Source of the DNA: Christensenella sp. UBA1782
GTDB lineage: Bacteria; Bacillota; Clostridia; Christensenellales; DTU072
NCBI GenBank assembly: GCA_002315475.1
Contig: DCGI01000083.1
Span: forward strand, 778-24,777
DNA length: 24,000 bases
Direction: 5' to 3'
Each line of letters begins with the position of its first letter. Position 1 is the first letter of the stretch. Below the pieces are notes generated by a model that saw nothing but the letters and a program-made list of their open reading frames with translations, was not told the DNA's origin and did not search any database. Below are positions 1 through 8,528 of the stretch, piece after piece. The position numbers were made by a program, and so were the translations under genes.

Positions 1-1
1 A

Positions 2-313
2 GACACGTTAAACGACGTAAAAACAGCCGTCAGCGAAGCCATAACGAATTGCGTCGTTCATGCGTACGACGAAGGCGGAGACGTCGATATTCTTTGTGAA
101 ATCGAAGATACCGTACTGAAAGTCACCATACACGATACGGGAAAGGGGATAGCCGACATTTCACAGGCGATGGAAGACTTTTATACCACAAGCACCGAAG
201 AAGAAAGAAGCGGATTGGGGTTTACCATTATGAAAACGTACATGGATGACCTACGCGTAGAGAGTAAAGTCGGTGCGGGTACGACGGTAATTCTGAAAAA
301 GAATATGCGATAA
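2..313 (+). CDS. spoIIAB: Anti-sigma F factor / serine kinase SpoIIAB, C-terminal part (5' end lies outside the window)
   Basis: The frame is open from the window edge to TAA 311-313. My translation reads ...KTAVSEAITNCVVHAYDEGGDVDILCEI...HDTGKGIADISQAMEDFYTTSTEEERSGLGFTIMKTYMDDLRVESKVGAGTTVILKK, which shows GHKL-ATPase N-box and G-box style motifs. It ends 2 nt before sigF, as in spoIIA operons. Confidence 0.85.
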   Translation, partial: DTLNDVKTAVSEAITNCVVHAYDEGGDVDILCEIEDTVLKVTIHDTGKGIADISQAMEDFYTTSTEEERSGLGFTIMKTYMDDLRVESKVGAGTTVILKKNMR

Positions 314-315
314 CC

Positions 316-1029
316 ATGCTTTCCGTCGAAGAAACCGCCGAACTTCTGGAAAAAGCTCAAAAGGGGGACGACGCCGCAAAATCCGCACTTTTGCAGAACA
401 ATCTCCCGTTAATAAAAAGTATCGTACGAAGATACAAAAACAAGCAAATCGAATATGACGACCTCTTGGAACTGGGAACACTCGGTTTTATCAAAGCGAT
501 GAACCACTACGACGCCTCGTTCGGCGTACGTTTTTCCACCTACGCCGTACCCATGATAGCGGGTGAAATAAAACGGTACATTCGAGATAACGGCGTCATC
601 AAAGTAAGCCGTTCTTTGAAAGCAAAAAATCTACTCATGCACAATTTCATGGAAGAATACCGCCAAAAAAACGGTAAAGAACCGAGTTTGCGGGAAATAG
701 CGGACTTCTTGAAGGTCGAGGAAGAAGAAGTCGTTTTTATCATGGACAGTGCCAAATATCCTATATCTATTTATGCGGAAAGCGACGAAGACGGGCTGAG
801 TCTTGCGGACAAACTGGCTTCCAAAGACAATCCAGACGACTATATCGACAAACTTGTCTTGAAGGAAATCATCGATAAATTCGATAAACGAGATAAAACC
901 ATTATTTTTCTGCGTTTTTATCGAGATAAAACACAAAGCGAAATTGCCGCCGTTTTGGGCGTTTCGCAAGTACAGGTCAGCCGATTGGAGGCAAAGATTC
1001 TGGCAAGAATTCGGCAAGAATTGGTATAA
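316..1029 (+). CDS. sigF: Sporulation sigma factor SigF (SpoIIAC)
   Basis: The 237-aa ORF has sigma-70 regions 2-4 (DDLLELGTLGFIKAMNHYD, STYAVPMIAGEIKRYIRDNGVIKVSRSLK, TQSEIAAVLGVSQVQVSRLE). It sits directly after spoIIAB and upstream of spoVA genes. Confidence 0.9.
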   Translation: MLSVEETAELLEKAQKGDDAAKSALLQNNLPLIKSIVRRYKNKQIEYDDLLELGTLGFIKAMNHYDASFGVRFSTYAVPMIAGEIKRYIRDNGVIKVSRSLKAKNLLMHNFMEEYRQKNGKEPSLREIADFLKVEEEEVVFIMDSAKYPISIYAESDEDGLSLADKLASKDNPDDYIDKLVLKEIIDKFDKRDKTIIFLRFYRDKTQSEIAAVLGVSQVQVSRLEAKILARIRQELV

Positions 1030-1053
1030 AGAAATACTCTGTGCGGAATACTA
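1024..1053 (+). promoter_or_regulatory. Candidate forespore (sigmaG/F-type) promoter for spoVAC-AD-AE
   Basis: GTATA (1024-1028, overlapping the sigF stop), an 18-nt spacer, then AATACTA (1047-1053). The textbook sigmaG consensus is GHATR-18-CATXHTA. spoVA is sigmaG-dependent in B. subtilis. Confidence 0.35.
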
Positions 1054-1139
1054 CAAAGCATGGAGTATTTTTATGAGAAAAGAAACGAAAAAAGAAGAAT
1101 GCAGAAATCCCTTCCCGTCCGTTCTCGTGGGAGGTAAAA

Positions 1140-1589
1140 ATGATTCTAAATAAAGAGGAACAAAAAGTTTATAAAAAAGAAATCAAGGACGTTGCACCGA
1201 AAACAAAGCATATTTCCACCCTTTTGCGTGCGTTTTTTACGGGAGGAACCATTTGTTGCATCGGGCAGGGCGTCAATCAAGTACTCGGTATCCTTCTTCC
1301 GAGTCTGACCGAAGAGGACAGGGGAGGGTATACGACTTTGTTGATGATTTTTTTTACGGGTATCTTAACCGCCTTCGGCGTCTACGACCATATCGGGAAT
1401 TTCGGGGGAGCGGGAAGTATCATACCGATTACCGGCTTTGCCAATTCTATCGTCAGTCAAGCGATGGAACACAAGCGAGAAGGGATTATTTTCGGAATTT
1501 GCAGCAATATGTTTGCCATAGCCGGCCCCGTTATCGTCATGGGAATCACCGCTTCGGTGGTCGTAGGCATCGTGTATTTGTTTTTGTGA
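1140..1589 (+). CDS. spoVAC: Stage V sporulation protein AC
   Basis: 149-aa polytopic membrane ORF (GGTICCIGQG..., IPITGFANSIV) with SD GGGAGG at 1128-1133. SpoVAD and SpoVAE follow it. Confidence 0.85.
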   Translation: MILNKEEQKVYKKEIKDVAPKTKHISTLLRAFFTGGTICCIGQGVNQVLGILLPSLTEEDRGGYTTLLMIFFTGILTAFGVYDHIGNFGGAGSIIPITGFANSIVSQAMEHKREGIIFGICSNMFAIAGPVIVMGITASVVVGIVYLFL

Positions 1590-1596
1590 GAAGGGT

Positions 1597-2598
1597 ATGA
1601 AGAATCAAACCGTTCTGTTTCGTTCTCCCGTTCCCGTTGCGGAAACGGCAACCATTGCCGGCCCCAAAGAAAAGGAAGGGCCTCTGCACGCTTATTTTCA
1701 TTATACGCTGGAAGACGACTTATTGAAGCAAGACAGCCACGAACACGCCGAAATACGTTTACACGTCGGGGTACTGAAACAACTCTTGAACCGAGCCAAA
1801 CTTTCTCCGCAGGAGATAGACTGCGCCTTTGCCGGTGATCTTTTGGACGAAATCATCGGCAGTAATTTTGCCATGCGAGAATTGGATATACCCTTTTTCG
1901 GCATTTATAACGCTTGTGCCACCTTTGGCGAAAGCTTGATTTTGGGTTCTTGCATGATCGAAGGCGGTTTTGCCGAAAGAGTAACCTGTTCGGTAACCAG
2001 CCACTTCGCTACGGCGGAACGGCAATACCGTTATCCGTTGGAACTTGGTTGTCAAAGAACCCCTCTGTCCCAATGGACGGTAACGGGTGCGGGTGCTACG
2101 CTTTTGGATAAAAACGCAACGAGCAAAATAAAAATAACGAGCGGAACTATCGGAAAAGTGGTAGATTACGGCATAAAAGACGCCAACGATATGGGTTGCG
2201 TCATGGCGCCGGCGGCACTGTCGACATTACGGACGCATTTACAAGATACGGGAAGAACCGTCGACTATTACGATAAGATTTTTACGGGTGACTTGGGGTA
2301 TTCCGGTAGCCTTTTACTGCAAAAGAAAGCGAGCGAAACGGGTATTATCCTTCACAATCACGAAGACTGCGGCAATTTGATTTATAACCGCATAGCACAA
2401 AACGTGGAATCGGGCGGAAGCGGTGCCTGTTGTTGCGGTTTGGTCTTTAACGGCTATATTTACGACCAATTACAAAAAGGACGACTGAAAAAAGTACTGT
2501 TGATGCCGACGGGTGCCTTGCTTTCCAAAACTTCTTCTTTACAAGGGGAATCCATACCTGCCATCTGTCACGCCGTATCCGTAGAGGTGATCGAATGA
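1597..2598 (+). CDS. spoVAD: Stage V sporulation protein AD (thiolase-like fold)
   Basis: 333-aa ORF with a typical SpoVAD N-terminus (FRSPVPVAETATIAGPKEKEGPL) and IYNACATFGES. It lies between spoVAC and spoVAE and its stop overlaps the spoVAE start (ATGA). Confidence 0.85.
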   Translation: MKNQTVLFRSPVPVAETATIAGPKEKEGPLHAYFHYTLEDDLLKQDSHEHAEIRLHVGVLKQLLNRAKLSPQEIDCAFAGDLLDEIIGSNFAMRELDIPFFGIYNACATFGESLILGSCMIEGGFAERVTCSVTSHFATAERQYRYPLELGCQRTPLSQWTVTGAGATLLDKNATSKIKITSGTIGKVVDYGIKDANDMGCVMAPAALSTLRTHLQDTGRTVDYYDKIFTGDLGYSGSLLLQKKASETGIILHNHEDCGNLIYNRIAQNVESGGSGACCCGLVFNGYIYDQLQKGRLKKVLLMPTGALLSKTSSLQGESIPAICHAVSVEVIE

Positions 2599-2969
2599 AC
2601 GTTTTTATTGACTATTTACTTGTTTTTGCCGTAGGCGGCGGTATCTGCGTACTCGGTCAGCTTTTCATCAATTATACAAAAATGACGTCGGCAAGAATCT
2701 TGGTGATTTTCTTGTTAATCGGTGTCGTTTTGGAAGCCTGCGGCGTTTTTGAATCGATCAAGGAAGTAGCGCAAGCGGGTATTACCGTTCCTATCACCGG
2801 CTTCGGCAGCAATCTTGCCAAAGGCGCCATCAAAGGTGCCCGAGAAAACGGGGTTCTGGGGGCAATCGTCGGCGGGACGAAGGCGGCGAGTGCGGGACTG
2901 GCCGGTGCGATTTTTATCGGCTTCCTTTCGGCATTGGTGGCAAAGCCGAAAAGTAAAGGCGTCAAATAA
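2595..2969 (+). CDS. spoVAE: Stage V sporulation protein AE (SpoVAEB-type)
   Basis: 124-aa membrane ORF carrying the same VPITGFGSNLA motif class as SpoVAC. SD GAGGTGAT lies upstream, and the start is translationally coupled to spoVAD. Confidence 0.8.
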   Translation: MNVFIDYLLVFAVGGGICVLGQLFINYTKMTSARILVIFLLIGVVLEACGVFESIKEVAQAGITVPITGFGSNLAKGAIKGARENGVLGAIVGGTKAASAGLAGAIFIGFLSALVAKPKSKGVK

Positions 2970-2988
2970 CGTTTTTTCGACCGAATTC

Positions 2989-3017
2989 TTGACAACGGAC
3001 GAAACAGAAAATATAAT
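2989..3017 (+). promoter_or_regulatory. Consensus sigmaA promoter immediately upstream of the M24 peptidase ATG
   Basis: TTGACA (2989-2994), exactly 17 nt, then TATAAT (3012-3017). The ATG at 3024 is only 6 nt past the -10 box. Confidence 0.6.
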
Positions 3018-3023
3018 AGAACC

Positions 3024-4040
3024 ATGCAAGAATTATTACGAAACCGAGATGCCGTTTTGGTTCAAAACCCGTCCAATCTTTTTTACTGCACTTCTTATAA
3101 AAACGCCGACGCCAAATTGCTGTTTTGGCAGGATAAACGATATTACTTTACCGATGCCCGCTATTTTGAAGAAGCCGCACAAATCCCCGACGTCCTTTTG
3201 CAAGATATAAAAGAGTTCCCGAACTTTCTCAAAGAACACCGTATCCGAGAAATGGGAACGGACGGCAGTATCACTTTGGAAGAATACGCATCCCTTCAAG
3301 AACAAGGCATAACGAAAGTAGACGACATACAAACTTATATTCATGCCAAACGGGCGAAAAAAACGCCGAAAGAATTGGAAAAAATCCAAAAAGCACAGGC
3401 AATAACCGACAAAACCTTTTCCGACCTATTACCTTTAATACGGGAGGGGATGACCGAAAAAGAATTGGACACCCTTTTGAAATGTACCCTGTATCAAAAC
3501 GGTGCCGACGAACTTGCTTTCGATCCTATCGTTGCTTTCGGGAAGAATTCTTCCAAACCGCACGCACACGCCGGACAAACGGTTTTACAAACCGGTATGA
3601 TGATTACTTTGGACTTCGGTGCAAAGACGGACGGCTATTGTTCCGACATGACAAGGACGGTCGCATTCGGAAAAATCGGAGAAGAAGAAAAAAAGGTTTA
3701 CGGGTGGGTTTTGGAAGCCCAACAACGAGCCCTCGACCTCGTGCATACGGGCATGACGGGAGAGGAATGTCACCGAATCGCCGTTGACACTTTCGCCCGG
3801 TACGGCGTACAATCGTTTTTTACCCATTCGTTAGGACACAGTTTAGGCATCGACATTCACGAAACGCCTTGTTTGTCGCCTCGTTGGAAGGAAAAAATCG
3901 AAGAAAACACCGTCAGCAGCGTGGAACCGGGACTGTATTTTCCCGAAAAATTCGGCGTTCGGATAGAAGATATTATTGTTTTTACAAAAAACGGTATAAT
4001 AAACTTGACAAAAAGCAAAAAAGAGTTGATAATAATATAA
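3024..4040 (+). CDS. M24-family Xaa-Pro aminopeptidase/dipeptidase (YqhT/PepP-like)
   Basis: 338-aa ORF with a creatinase-like N-domain and M24 metal-ligand motifs ([46 protein letters not shown]). It sits upstream of efp, as in Bacillus and Clostridium. Confidence 0.85.
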   Translation: MQELLRNRDAVLVQNPSNLFYCTSYKNADAKLLFWQDKRYYFTDARYFEEAAQIPDVLLQDIKEFPNFLKEHRIREMGTDGSITLEEYASLQEQGITKVDDIQTYIHAKRAKKTPKELEKIQKAQAITDKTFSDLLPLIREGMTEKELDTLLKCTLYQNGADELAFDPIVAFGKNSSKPHAHAGQTVLQTGMMITLDFGAKTDGYCSDMTRTVAFGKIGEEEKKVYGWVLEAQQRALDLVHTGMTGEECHRIAVDTFARYGVQSFFTHSLGHSLGIDIHETPCLSPRWKEKIEENTVSSVEPGLYFPEKFGVRIEDIIVFTKNGIINLTKSKKELIII

Positions 4041-4074
4041 GATATTTTATTCAAAAGATTTGGAGGAAAAATTT

Positions 4075-4638
4075 ATGCCCTATATTACTGCTGGCGATTT
4101 TAGAAAAGGTATTACTTTCGAAATGGATAACACCGTTCAGGTTATCGTGGATTTCTTACACGTTAAACCCGGAAAAGGTGCCGCATTCGTCCGCGCCAAG
4201 ATTCGTAACGTTATGACCGGCGGGGTTATCGAAAGAACTTTCAACCCGAACGAAAAATTCGAAACCGCACTTATCGAAAGAAAGAAGATGACGTATAGCT
4301 ACAACGACGGCGACTTCTATTACTTCATGGACGAAGAAACCTACGAACAAGTTCCGCTCGGAGCCGAACTCGTCAAAGACGCTTTGAACTTCATCAAAGA
4401 AAACGACGTATGCGATATTGCTTTCTACAAAGGAAACGCCTTCTCTTGCGAACCGCAAAACTTCGTAGAACTCAAAGTCATCGAAGCCGATCCCGGAATC
4501 GCCGGTGCCACCGCACAACCCGGCACCAAGAACGCCACTTTGGAAACCGGCTACAAGATTCAAGTACCGCTCTTTGTAAACGAAGGCGACACCATCCGCG
4601 TCGATACCCGCGAAGGTATTTACATGTCCAGAGTATAA
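4075..4638 (+). CDS. efp: Translation elongation factor P
   Basis: The translation [19 protein letters not shown]...[21 protein letters not shown]... is classic EF-P. I chose ATG 4075 (GGAGG at 4062-4066, 8-nt spacing) over the TTG at 4060 given in the ORF track. Confidence 0.9.
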   Translation: MPYITAGDFRKGITFEMDNTVQVIVDFLHVKPGKGAAFVRAKIRNVMTGGVIERTFNPNEKFETALIERKKMTYSYNDGDFYYFMDEETYEQVPLGAELVKDALNFIKENDVCDIAFYKGNAFSCEPQNFVELKVIEADPGIAGATAQPGTKNATLETGYKIQVPLFVNEGDTIRVDTREGIYMSRV

Positions 4639-4668
4639 GTTTTACCACATTCAATAACATAAATACAA

Positions 4669-4703
4669 CACCGTAAGCATAAAAGTACTTACGGTGTTTT
4701 TTT
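4669..4703 (+). terminator. Rho-independent terminator after efp
   Basis: A perfect 9-bp stem, CACCGTAAG (4669-4677) with CTTACGGTG (4688-4696), a 10-nt loop, then T7 (4697-4703). Confidence 0.8.
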
Positions 4704-5525
4704 ATGGAAAAATTATTCGGTCAAGAGGTCTATGGCGCAATTCTGCAAAACTGTTCGGCAGAGGAACTTTGTGAAGTACGGCTACGCCTTTTTCAGAAAA
4801 TTCAAATAAAAACCGTTTCTGCGGTTTTTTTTCTCGATACCGTCTGCACCGAAGAATACTTGACGAAAGTCCTTTCGACAGCCGTAAACGGTTGTTTCTA
4901 CGCCTATGAACGGGAAATAGCGCAGGGATATATCGACTATGAAAAGGGGATTCGTATCGGAATCGTCGGAAGGGGGACTTTGAGCGAACGACAAATCGGT
5001 TATAAGAAAATCTATGCCCTTTGCATCAGAATTCCCCGAAAAAAACGTTCCGCCGTTGAAAAACTGGGTAATTTTTACACCCCTTTCCAAAATACCTTGA
5101 TTATTGCACCGCCGTACGGCGGCAAAACGACTTTATTGCGCGATATGCTTGCCGTCCTCTCCGAACGATACGACACGTTGGTTTTGGACGAAAGATGCGA
5201 GCTTGTCGGCAAAGATTTGGTTCTTGGGATAGGTACGAGAGGGGACGTATTGCAAGGAATCGAAAAAGAATACGTCTATCAAGGCATTATTCGCTCCATG
5301 AACCCCGAAATCATCGTTTGTGACGAACTGTTCTCCCAAACGGATTTTGAAGCAATTCGGCGTATTTCGGAGGCGGGAATCCGTTGTCTTGCCTCCTATC
5401 ATGCGGAGGAAGTACAAAAAGTCCCCGAATCGTTGCGGGAAATCTTCCCGTCCGTTATTACTTTATCGGCGCACCCCACACCGGGAACCATTCTTTCCTA
5501 CAAACGAGGAAGCCATGCTCGTTAA
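4704..5525 (+). CDS. spoIIIAA: Stage III sporulation protein AA (AAA+ ATPase)
   Basis: 273-aa ORF with EVRLRL near the N-terminus, Walker A (APPYGGKTTLLRD) and Walker B-like IIVCDEL. It is the first gene of an eight-gene spoIIIA series. Confidence 0.85.
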   Translation: MEKLFGQEVYGAILQNCSAEELCEVRLRLFQKIQIKTVSAVFFLDTVCTEEYLTKVLSTAVNGCFYAYEREIAQGYIDYEKGIRIGIVGRGTLSERQIGYKKIYALCIRIPRKKRSAVEKLGNFYTPFQNTLIIAPPYGGKTTLLRDMLAVLSERYDTLVLDERCELVGKDLVLGIGTRGDVLQGIEKEYVYQGIIRSMNPEIIVCDELFSQTDFEAIRRISEAGIRCLASYHAEEVQKVPESLREIFPSVITLSAHPTPGTILSYKRGSHAR

Positions 5526-5976
5526 ACTTGCGGGTGCCGTTTTCGTCGTCGGTTCCTTTGTGTTTCTCGGACTTGCCGTCCTGCAAAAATATCGGAACGC
5601 CGTCCGCTTTTGGGAAGACGTGCTTTCTTTTACGGTTTTATGCGAAAGTGAAATCTTTTATCGCAAAGAAGAATTTTATAAAATCATCGACAATTTTCGT
5701 CTCAGCGGCAGAAAGTACGCCGACATAATCGGAGATGTTTGCCAATACAATACAAAAAACAGGAATCTAACCGAAAAAGAAAACGAGTTTCTTCTCCGAT
5801 TTTCCGAAGAACTCTTAAAAATAGATACCGAAACACAAAAAAAATGGTTTCAGGAGAAAAAGCGAGAAAGCGAAGATAACCGAAAAAAAGCCAAAGAAGA
5901 GGAAGATAAAAAGGGGAAAACCATCCAAAAACTTCTTCCTTTTATCGGACTCGGCATTGTCATTTTTTTCATATAA
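5515..5976 (+). CDS. spoIIIAB: Stage III sporulation protein AB
   Basis: I chose the internal start ATG 5515 (SD GAGGAAG at 5505-5511), giving a 153-aa protein. It begins MLVKLAGAVFVVGSFVFLGL (TM helix) and ends with a second TM. It overlaps spoIIIAA by 11 nt. The longer track ORF from 5320 would run inside spoIIIAA. Confidence 0.75.
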   Translation: MLVKLAGAVFVVGSFVFLGLAVLQKYRNAVRFWEDVLSFTVLCESEIFYRKEEFYKIIDNFRLSGRKYADIIGDVCQYNTKNRNLTEKENEFLLRFSEELLKIDTETQKKWFQEKKRESEDNRKKAKEEEDKKGKTIQKLLPFIGLGIVIFFI

Positions 5977-5985
5977 GGAGAACGC

Positions 5986-6183
5986 ATGGGAGTTGGAATT
6001 CTTTTCAAAATCGCCGGAATCGGAATCGTAACGGCGATCATCAACATCATTTTGGAAAAAAGCGACAAAAAAGAAATAGCTACCTTCGTGACGCTTGCGG
6101 GACTGATTTTGGTTCTGGTTTTGGTTCTCGAAATGATCAGCGGATTATTCGGCTCGTTAAAGACCATTTTTTCTTTGGAATAA
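5986..6183 (+). CDS. spoIIIAC: Stage III sporulation protein AC
   Basis: 65-aa two-TM ORF (MGVGILFKIAGIGIVTAIINIILEKSDKKE...) with SD AAGGAGA. Position and size match SpoIIIAC. Confidence 0.85.
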   Translation: MGVGILFKIAGIGIVTAIINIILEKSDKKEIATFVTLAGLILVLVLVLEMISGLFGSLKTIFSLE

Positions 6184-6185
6184 AC

Positions 6186-6572
6186 ATGAATACGTTGATA
6201 AAAATCATCGGAATCGCCTTCATCGGCACCATACTGTATCAAGTGCTGAAAAAAACGCAAACCGACGTTGCGCCGCTCACCCTTTTGGCTACGGGTTGTC
6301 TGTTGCTTTTTATTCTTGCCGAGCCTCTCACCGAAGCAGTAAACGTTTTTCGAGGTCTTTCCGAAAAATCGGGGTTAAACAACGGACTTTTTTCGTCGAT
6401 ACTCCGCATTATCGGCATCGGATATCTGACGGAATATTCTTCTTCGATTTGCGAAGACGGTGGGTGTGTATCTCTATCGAAAAAAATAGAATTGGCAGGG
6501 AAAACGGTTATTTTGCTGACCGCACTACCCATTTTCAACGGCATCGGAGAACTTCTTTCCTCGTTATTATGA
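6186..6572 (+). CDS. spoIIIAD: Stage III sporulation protein AD
   Basis: 128-aa membrane ORF that starts 2 nt after spoIIIAC (LRIIGIGYLTEYSSSICEDGG...). Its stop overlaps the spoIIIAE start. Confidence 0.8.
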   Translation: MNTLIKIIGIAFIGTILYQVLKKTQTDVAPLTLLATGCLLLFILAEPLTEAVNVFRGLSEKSGLNNGLFSSILRIIGIGYLTEYSSSICEDGGCVSLSKKIELAGKTVILLTALPIFNGIGELLSSLL

Positions 6573-7711
6573 AAATATTACTTCTTTTGCTGCTTCCTTT
6601 CTTAATACCGACATCCTGCGCCTATGCCGAAGACGACATAAACGACGGCGTTTCCGAAATCTTGGACGGCATTGATTTTTCCGACTATAACGATTTTTTG
6701 CAAGACCTACGAGAGGATTCTTCCTCGACGCAAACGATAGAAGAAATCATCCGAGAAATACTCAACGGAAAATCCGACTGGGATGCCGCATATTTTTTGG
6801 AAAAAGCTCTTTCCGTCCTGACGGGCAATATCGGAGAATACCTGACGGACGGCATCATGATTCTTATCGTTTGCGTCCTGCTGAACGTCTTAAAAAACAT
6901 AAGCTCGGGGTTATCGAGGCAAGCCACCGAAAAAATCGTTTATGCGGCTTGTTACGGAGTGGTTTTGACCATTGTTTTGCACGTTTGCAAAACGACGATA
7001 CAAGAATGCAGTCAAACCGTAACGAATTTGGAAAAATTCACCGCAGTCGTTTTTCCGCCCCTTTTTACCGTTCTGAGCGGATTAGGCGGAACGATATCGG
7101 TTTCCGTCTATCAACCCGTCGTATCCGTCTTTTCGGGCATGGGTATCCATTTGATTGAAAAAATCGTATTTCCGCTTTTTTACGTTCATTTTGCCATGAG
7201 CTTACTCGGCAACCTCTCACCGGAAATCAAATTTCGTTCTTTCTTAAAAACCATTAAATCGGTCGTATCTTGGCTTCTCGGTATCTTTTTCGGTCTGTTT
7301 TTAACCATAACCACCGCAAAAGGGATAACGGGTTCGGGCATAGATTCGTTGGCACTGCGCGGAGCAAAATACGCCTTGTCCGGTTACGTCCCCATCGTGG
7401 GAAGTTATTTGAAAGACGGATTTGATATCGTTACGGCGAGTTGTATCGTCATAAAAAACGCTCTCGGATTCGGTTCTGTCGGCATCTTACTGCTTTTTAC
7501 GCTCTCACCGATTCTAAAAATAGCCATCGTACGGTTCACCTTAAAAATAACGTCGTCTTTTTGCGAATCTTTAGACGGAGGCATTTCGCAATCTCTTTCC
7601 GACGTAGCGGATAGTTTGCAAATACTCCTTGCCGCCGTTCTTTGTTGCATTTTTTCGTTATTTGCCTTACTGTTGTTGATACTTTGTTCCTGTAATTTGG
7701 GCGTGCTATGA
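6569..7711 (+). CDS. spoIIIAE: Stage III sporulation protein AE
   Basis: I chose ATG 6569 (ATGA overlap with spoIIIAD), giving 380 aa. The product starts with a signal peptide (MKILLLLLLPFLIPTSCAYAEDD) followed by a multi-TM body. The upstream part of the 471-aa track ORF is an out-of-frame read through spoIIIAD. Confidence 0.8.
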   Translation: MKILLLLLLPFLIPTSCAYAEDDINDGVSEILDGIDFSDYNDFLQDLREDSSSTQTIEEIIREILNGKSDWDAAYFLEKALSVLTGNIGEYLTDGIMILIVCVLLNVLKNISSGLSRQATEKIVYAACYGVVLTIVLHVCKTTIQECSQTVTNLEKFTAVVFPPLFTVLSGLGGTISVSVYQPVVSVFSGMGIHLIEKIVFPLFYVHFAMSLLGNLSPEIKFRSFLKTIKSVVSWLLGIFFGLFLTITTAKGITGSGIDSLALRGAKYALSGYVPIVGSYLKDGFDIVTASCIVIKNALGFGSVGILLLFTLSPILKIAIVRFTLKITSSFCESLDGGISQSLSDVADSLQILLAAVLCCIFSLFALLLLILCSCNLGVL

Positions 7712-8151
7712 AAGCGTGGATACTCGGCATCGTTTCTCTTTCGCTGTTTGTTGCCGTCTTGGAACTTTTTTGTGCCGAAGGCAAAACAAAAAAACTGATT
7801 TCGGGTATTCTGAGAATCGTCTTTGTATTCGTACTGCTTCAACCCGTTTTTTCTTTGGTAAAGGGAGATGAAATCGAGCTTTTTCGGGAAGAAACGTTTT
7901 CAAAGGAAGAGTATACCGAAAACAATATCGTTACCGAGACCGTTTTGAAACAAAAATTAAAAGAGAAAGGAATCGATTGTTCGGTAAAAATCATCACGAA
8001 AAACGGGGAAATCGAATCTATCGATATTTATCCGGAAAATCCAATCATAAATCCCGAAGAGGGGAATATATATATTTACAGCGAAGAGGTTCTTGCGGTC
8101 ATTCGTTCCTGTTTCGATATCGAATTGGAGAAAATACGGGTTTATGGGTAA
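7708..8151 (+). CDS. spoIIIAF: Stage III sporulation protein AF
   Basis: 147-aa ORF with two N-terminal TM helices (MKAWILGIVSLSLFVAVLELFCAEGK...) and a soluble C-domain. ATGA coupling to spoIIIAE. Confidence 0.8.
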   Translation: MKAWILGIVSLSLFVAVLELFCAEGKTKKLISGILRIVFVFVLLQPVFSLVKGDEIELFREETFSKEEYTENNIVTETVLKQKLKEKGIDCSVKIITKNGEIESIDIYPENPIINPEEGNIYIYSEEVLAVIRSCFDIELEKIRVYG

Positions 8152-8506
8152 TTTTTCATGGAAAAGTCTTTGGCTGAAAATCCAAAAATCGAAATACTTA
8201 CAAATCGGTTTGATTTTATTTTCGGTCGGCGTATTACTATTGGTCTTTACCGCTGAAACCGAAAACAAATCCACCGAAACGACGGTGGACTGCGAGCAAC
8301 AACTTTCCGACATTCTGGAAAAAATCGAAGGAGTCGGAAAAACCGAAATCATGATTTACCGAGAAGACGACGCCATACGAGGGGTTATCGTGCTATGTGA
8401 AGGGGGAAACGACCCCACCACGAAAATCATCGTTCGACAAGCGGTATCGACAACCTTACAAATCGACAAAGAAAAAATCAGAATATATGCAAAAAAAACG
8501 GAATAA
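8144..8506 (+). CDS. spoIIIAG: Stage III sporulation protein AG
   Basis: I chose ATG 8144, giving 120 aa (MGNFSWKSLWLKIQKSKYLQIGLILFSVGVLLLVF... then ...GVIVLCEGG..., a ring-building motif-like C-terminus). It overlaps spoIIIAF by 8 nt. Confidence 0.7.
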   Translation: MGNFSWKSLWLKIQKSKYLQIGLILFSVGVLLLVFTAETENKSTETTVDCEQQLSDILEKIEGVGKTEIMIYREDDAIRGVIVLCEGGNDPTTKIIVRQAVSTTLQIDKEKIRIYAKKTE

Positions 8507-8528
8507 GCTTTAGTAAGGAGGCAATTTT

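Noticed and set aside
1032-1072. Hairpin AAATACTC (1032-1039) / GAGTATTT (1063-1070) followed by T's, considered as the spoIIA operon terminator.
   Set aside because: The stem is 8 bp and AU-rich, the loop is 23 nt (only 3 extra internal pairs), and the hairpin overlaps the better-supported forespore-type promoter for spoVA. It could be a weak terminator, but I cannot support that from the sequence alone.
1073-1153. 26-aa mini-ORF (MRKETKKEECRNPFPSVLVGGKNDSK) in the sigF-spoVAC spacer.
   Set aside because: It has no SD, it overlaps the spoVAC SD and start, and it has a low-complexity Lys/Glu start. It probably falls within the spoVA 5' leader by chance.
4060-4074. TTG 4060 as the efp start (MEEKF extension).
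   Set aside because: The TTG overlaps the GGAGG that is ideally spaced for ATG 4075, and EF-P proteins start close to the ...ISAGDFRKG motif.
5320-8506. Long versions of SpoIIIAB (5320), SpoIIIAE (6296) and SpoIIIAG (8093) as given in the ORF track.
   Set aside because: The extensions run inside the preceding, well-supported genes in another frame and translate to non-protein-like sequence. Internal ATGs at 5515, 6569 and 8144 give canonical N-termini (TM helix or signal peptide) with SDs or ATGA-type coupling.
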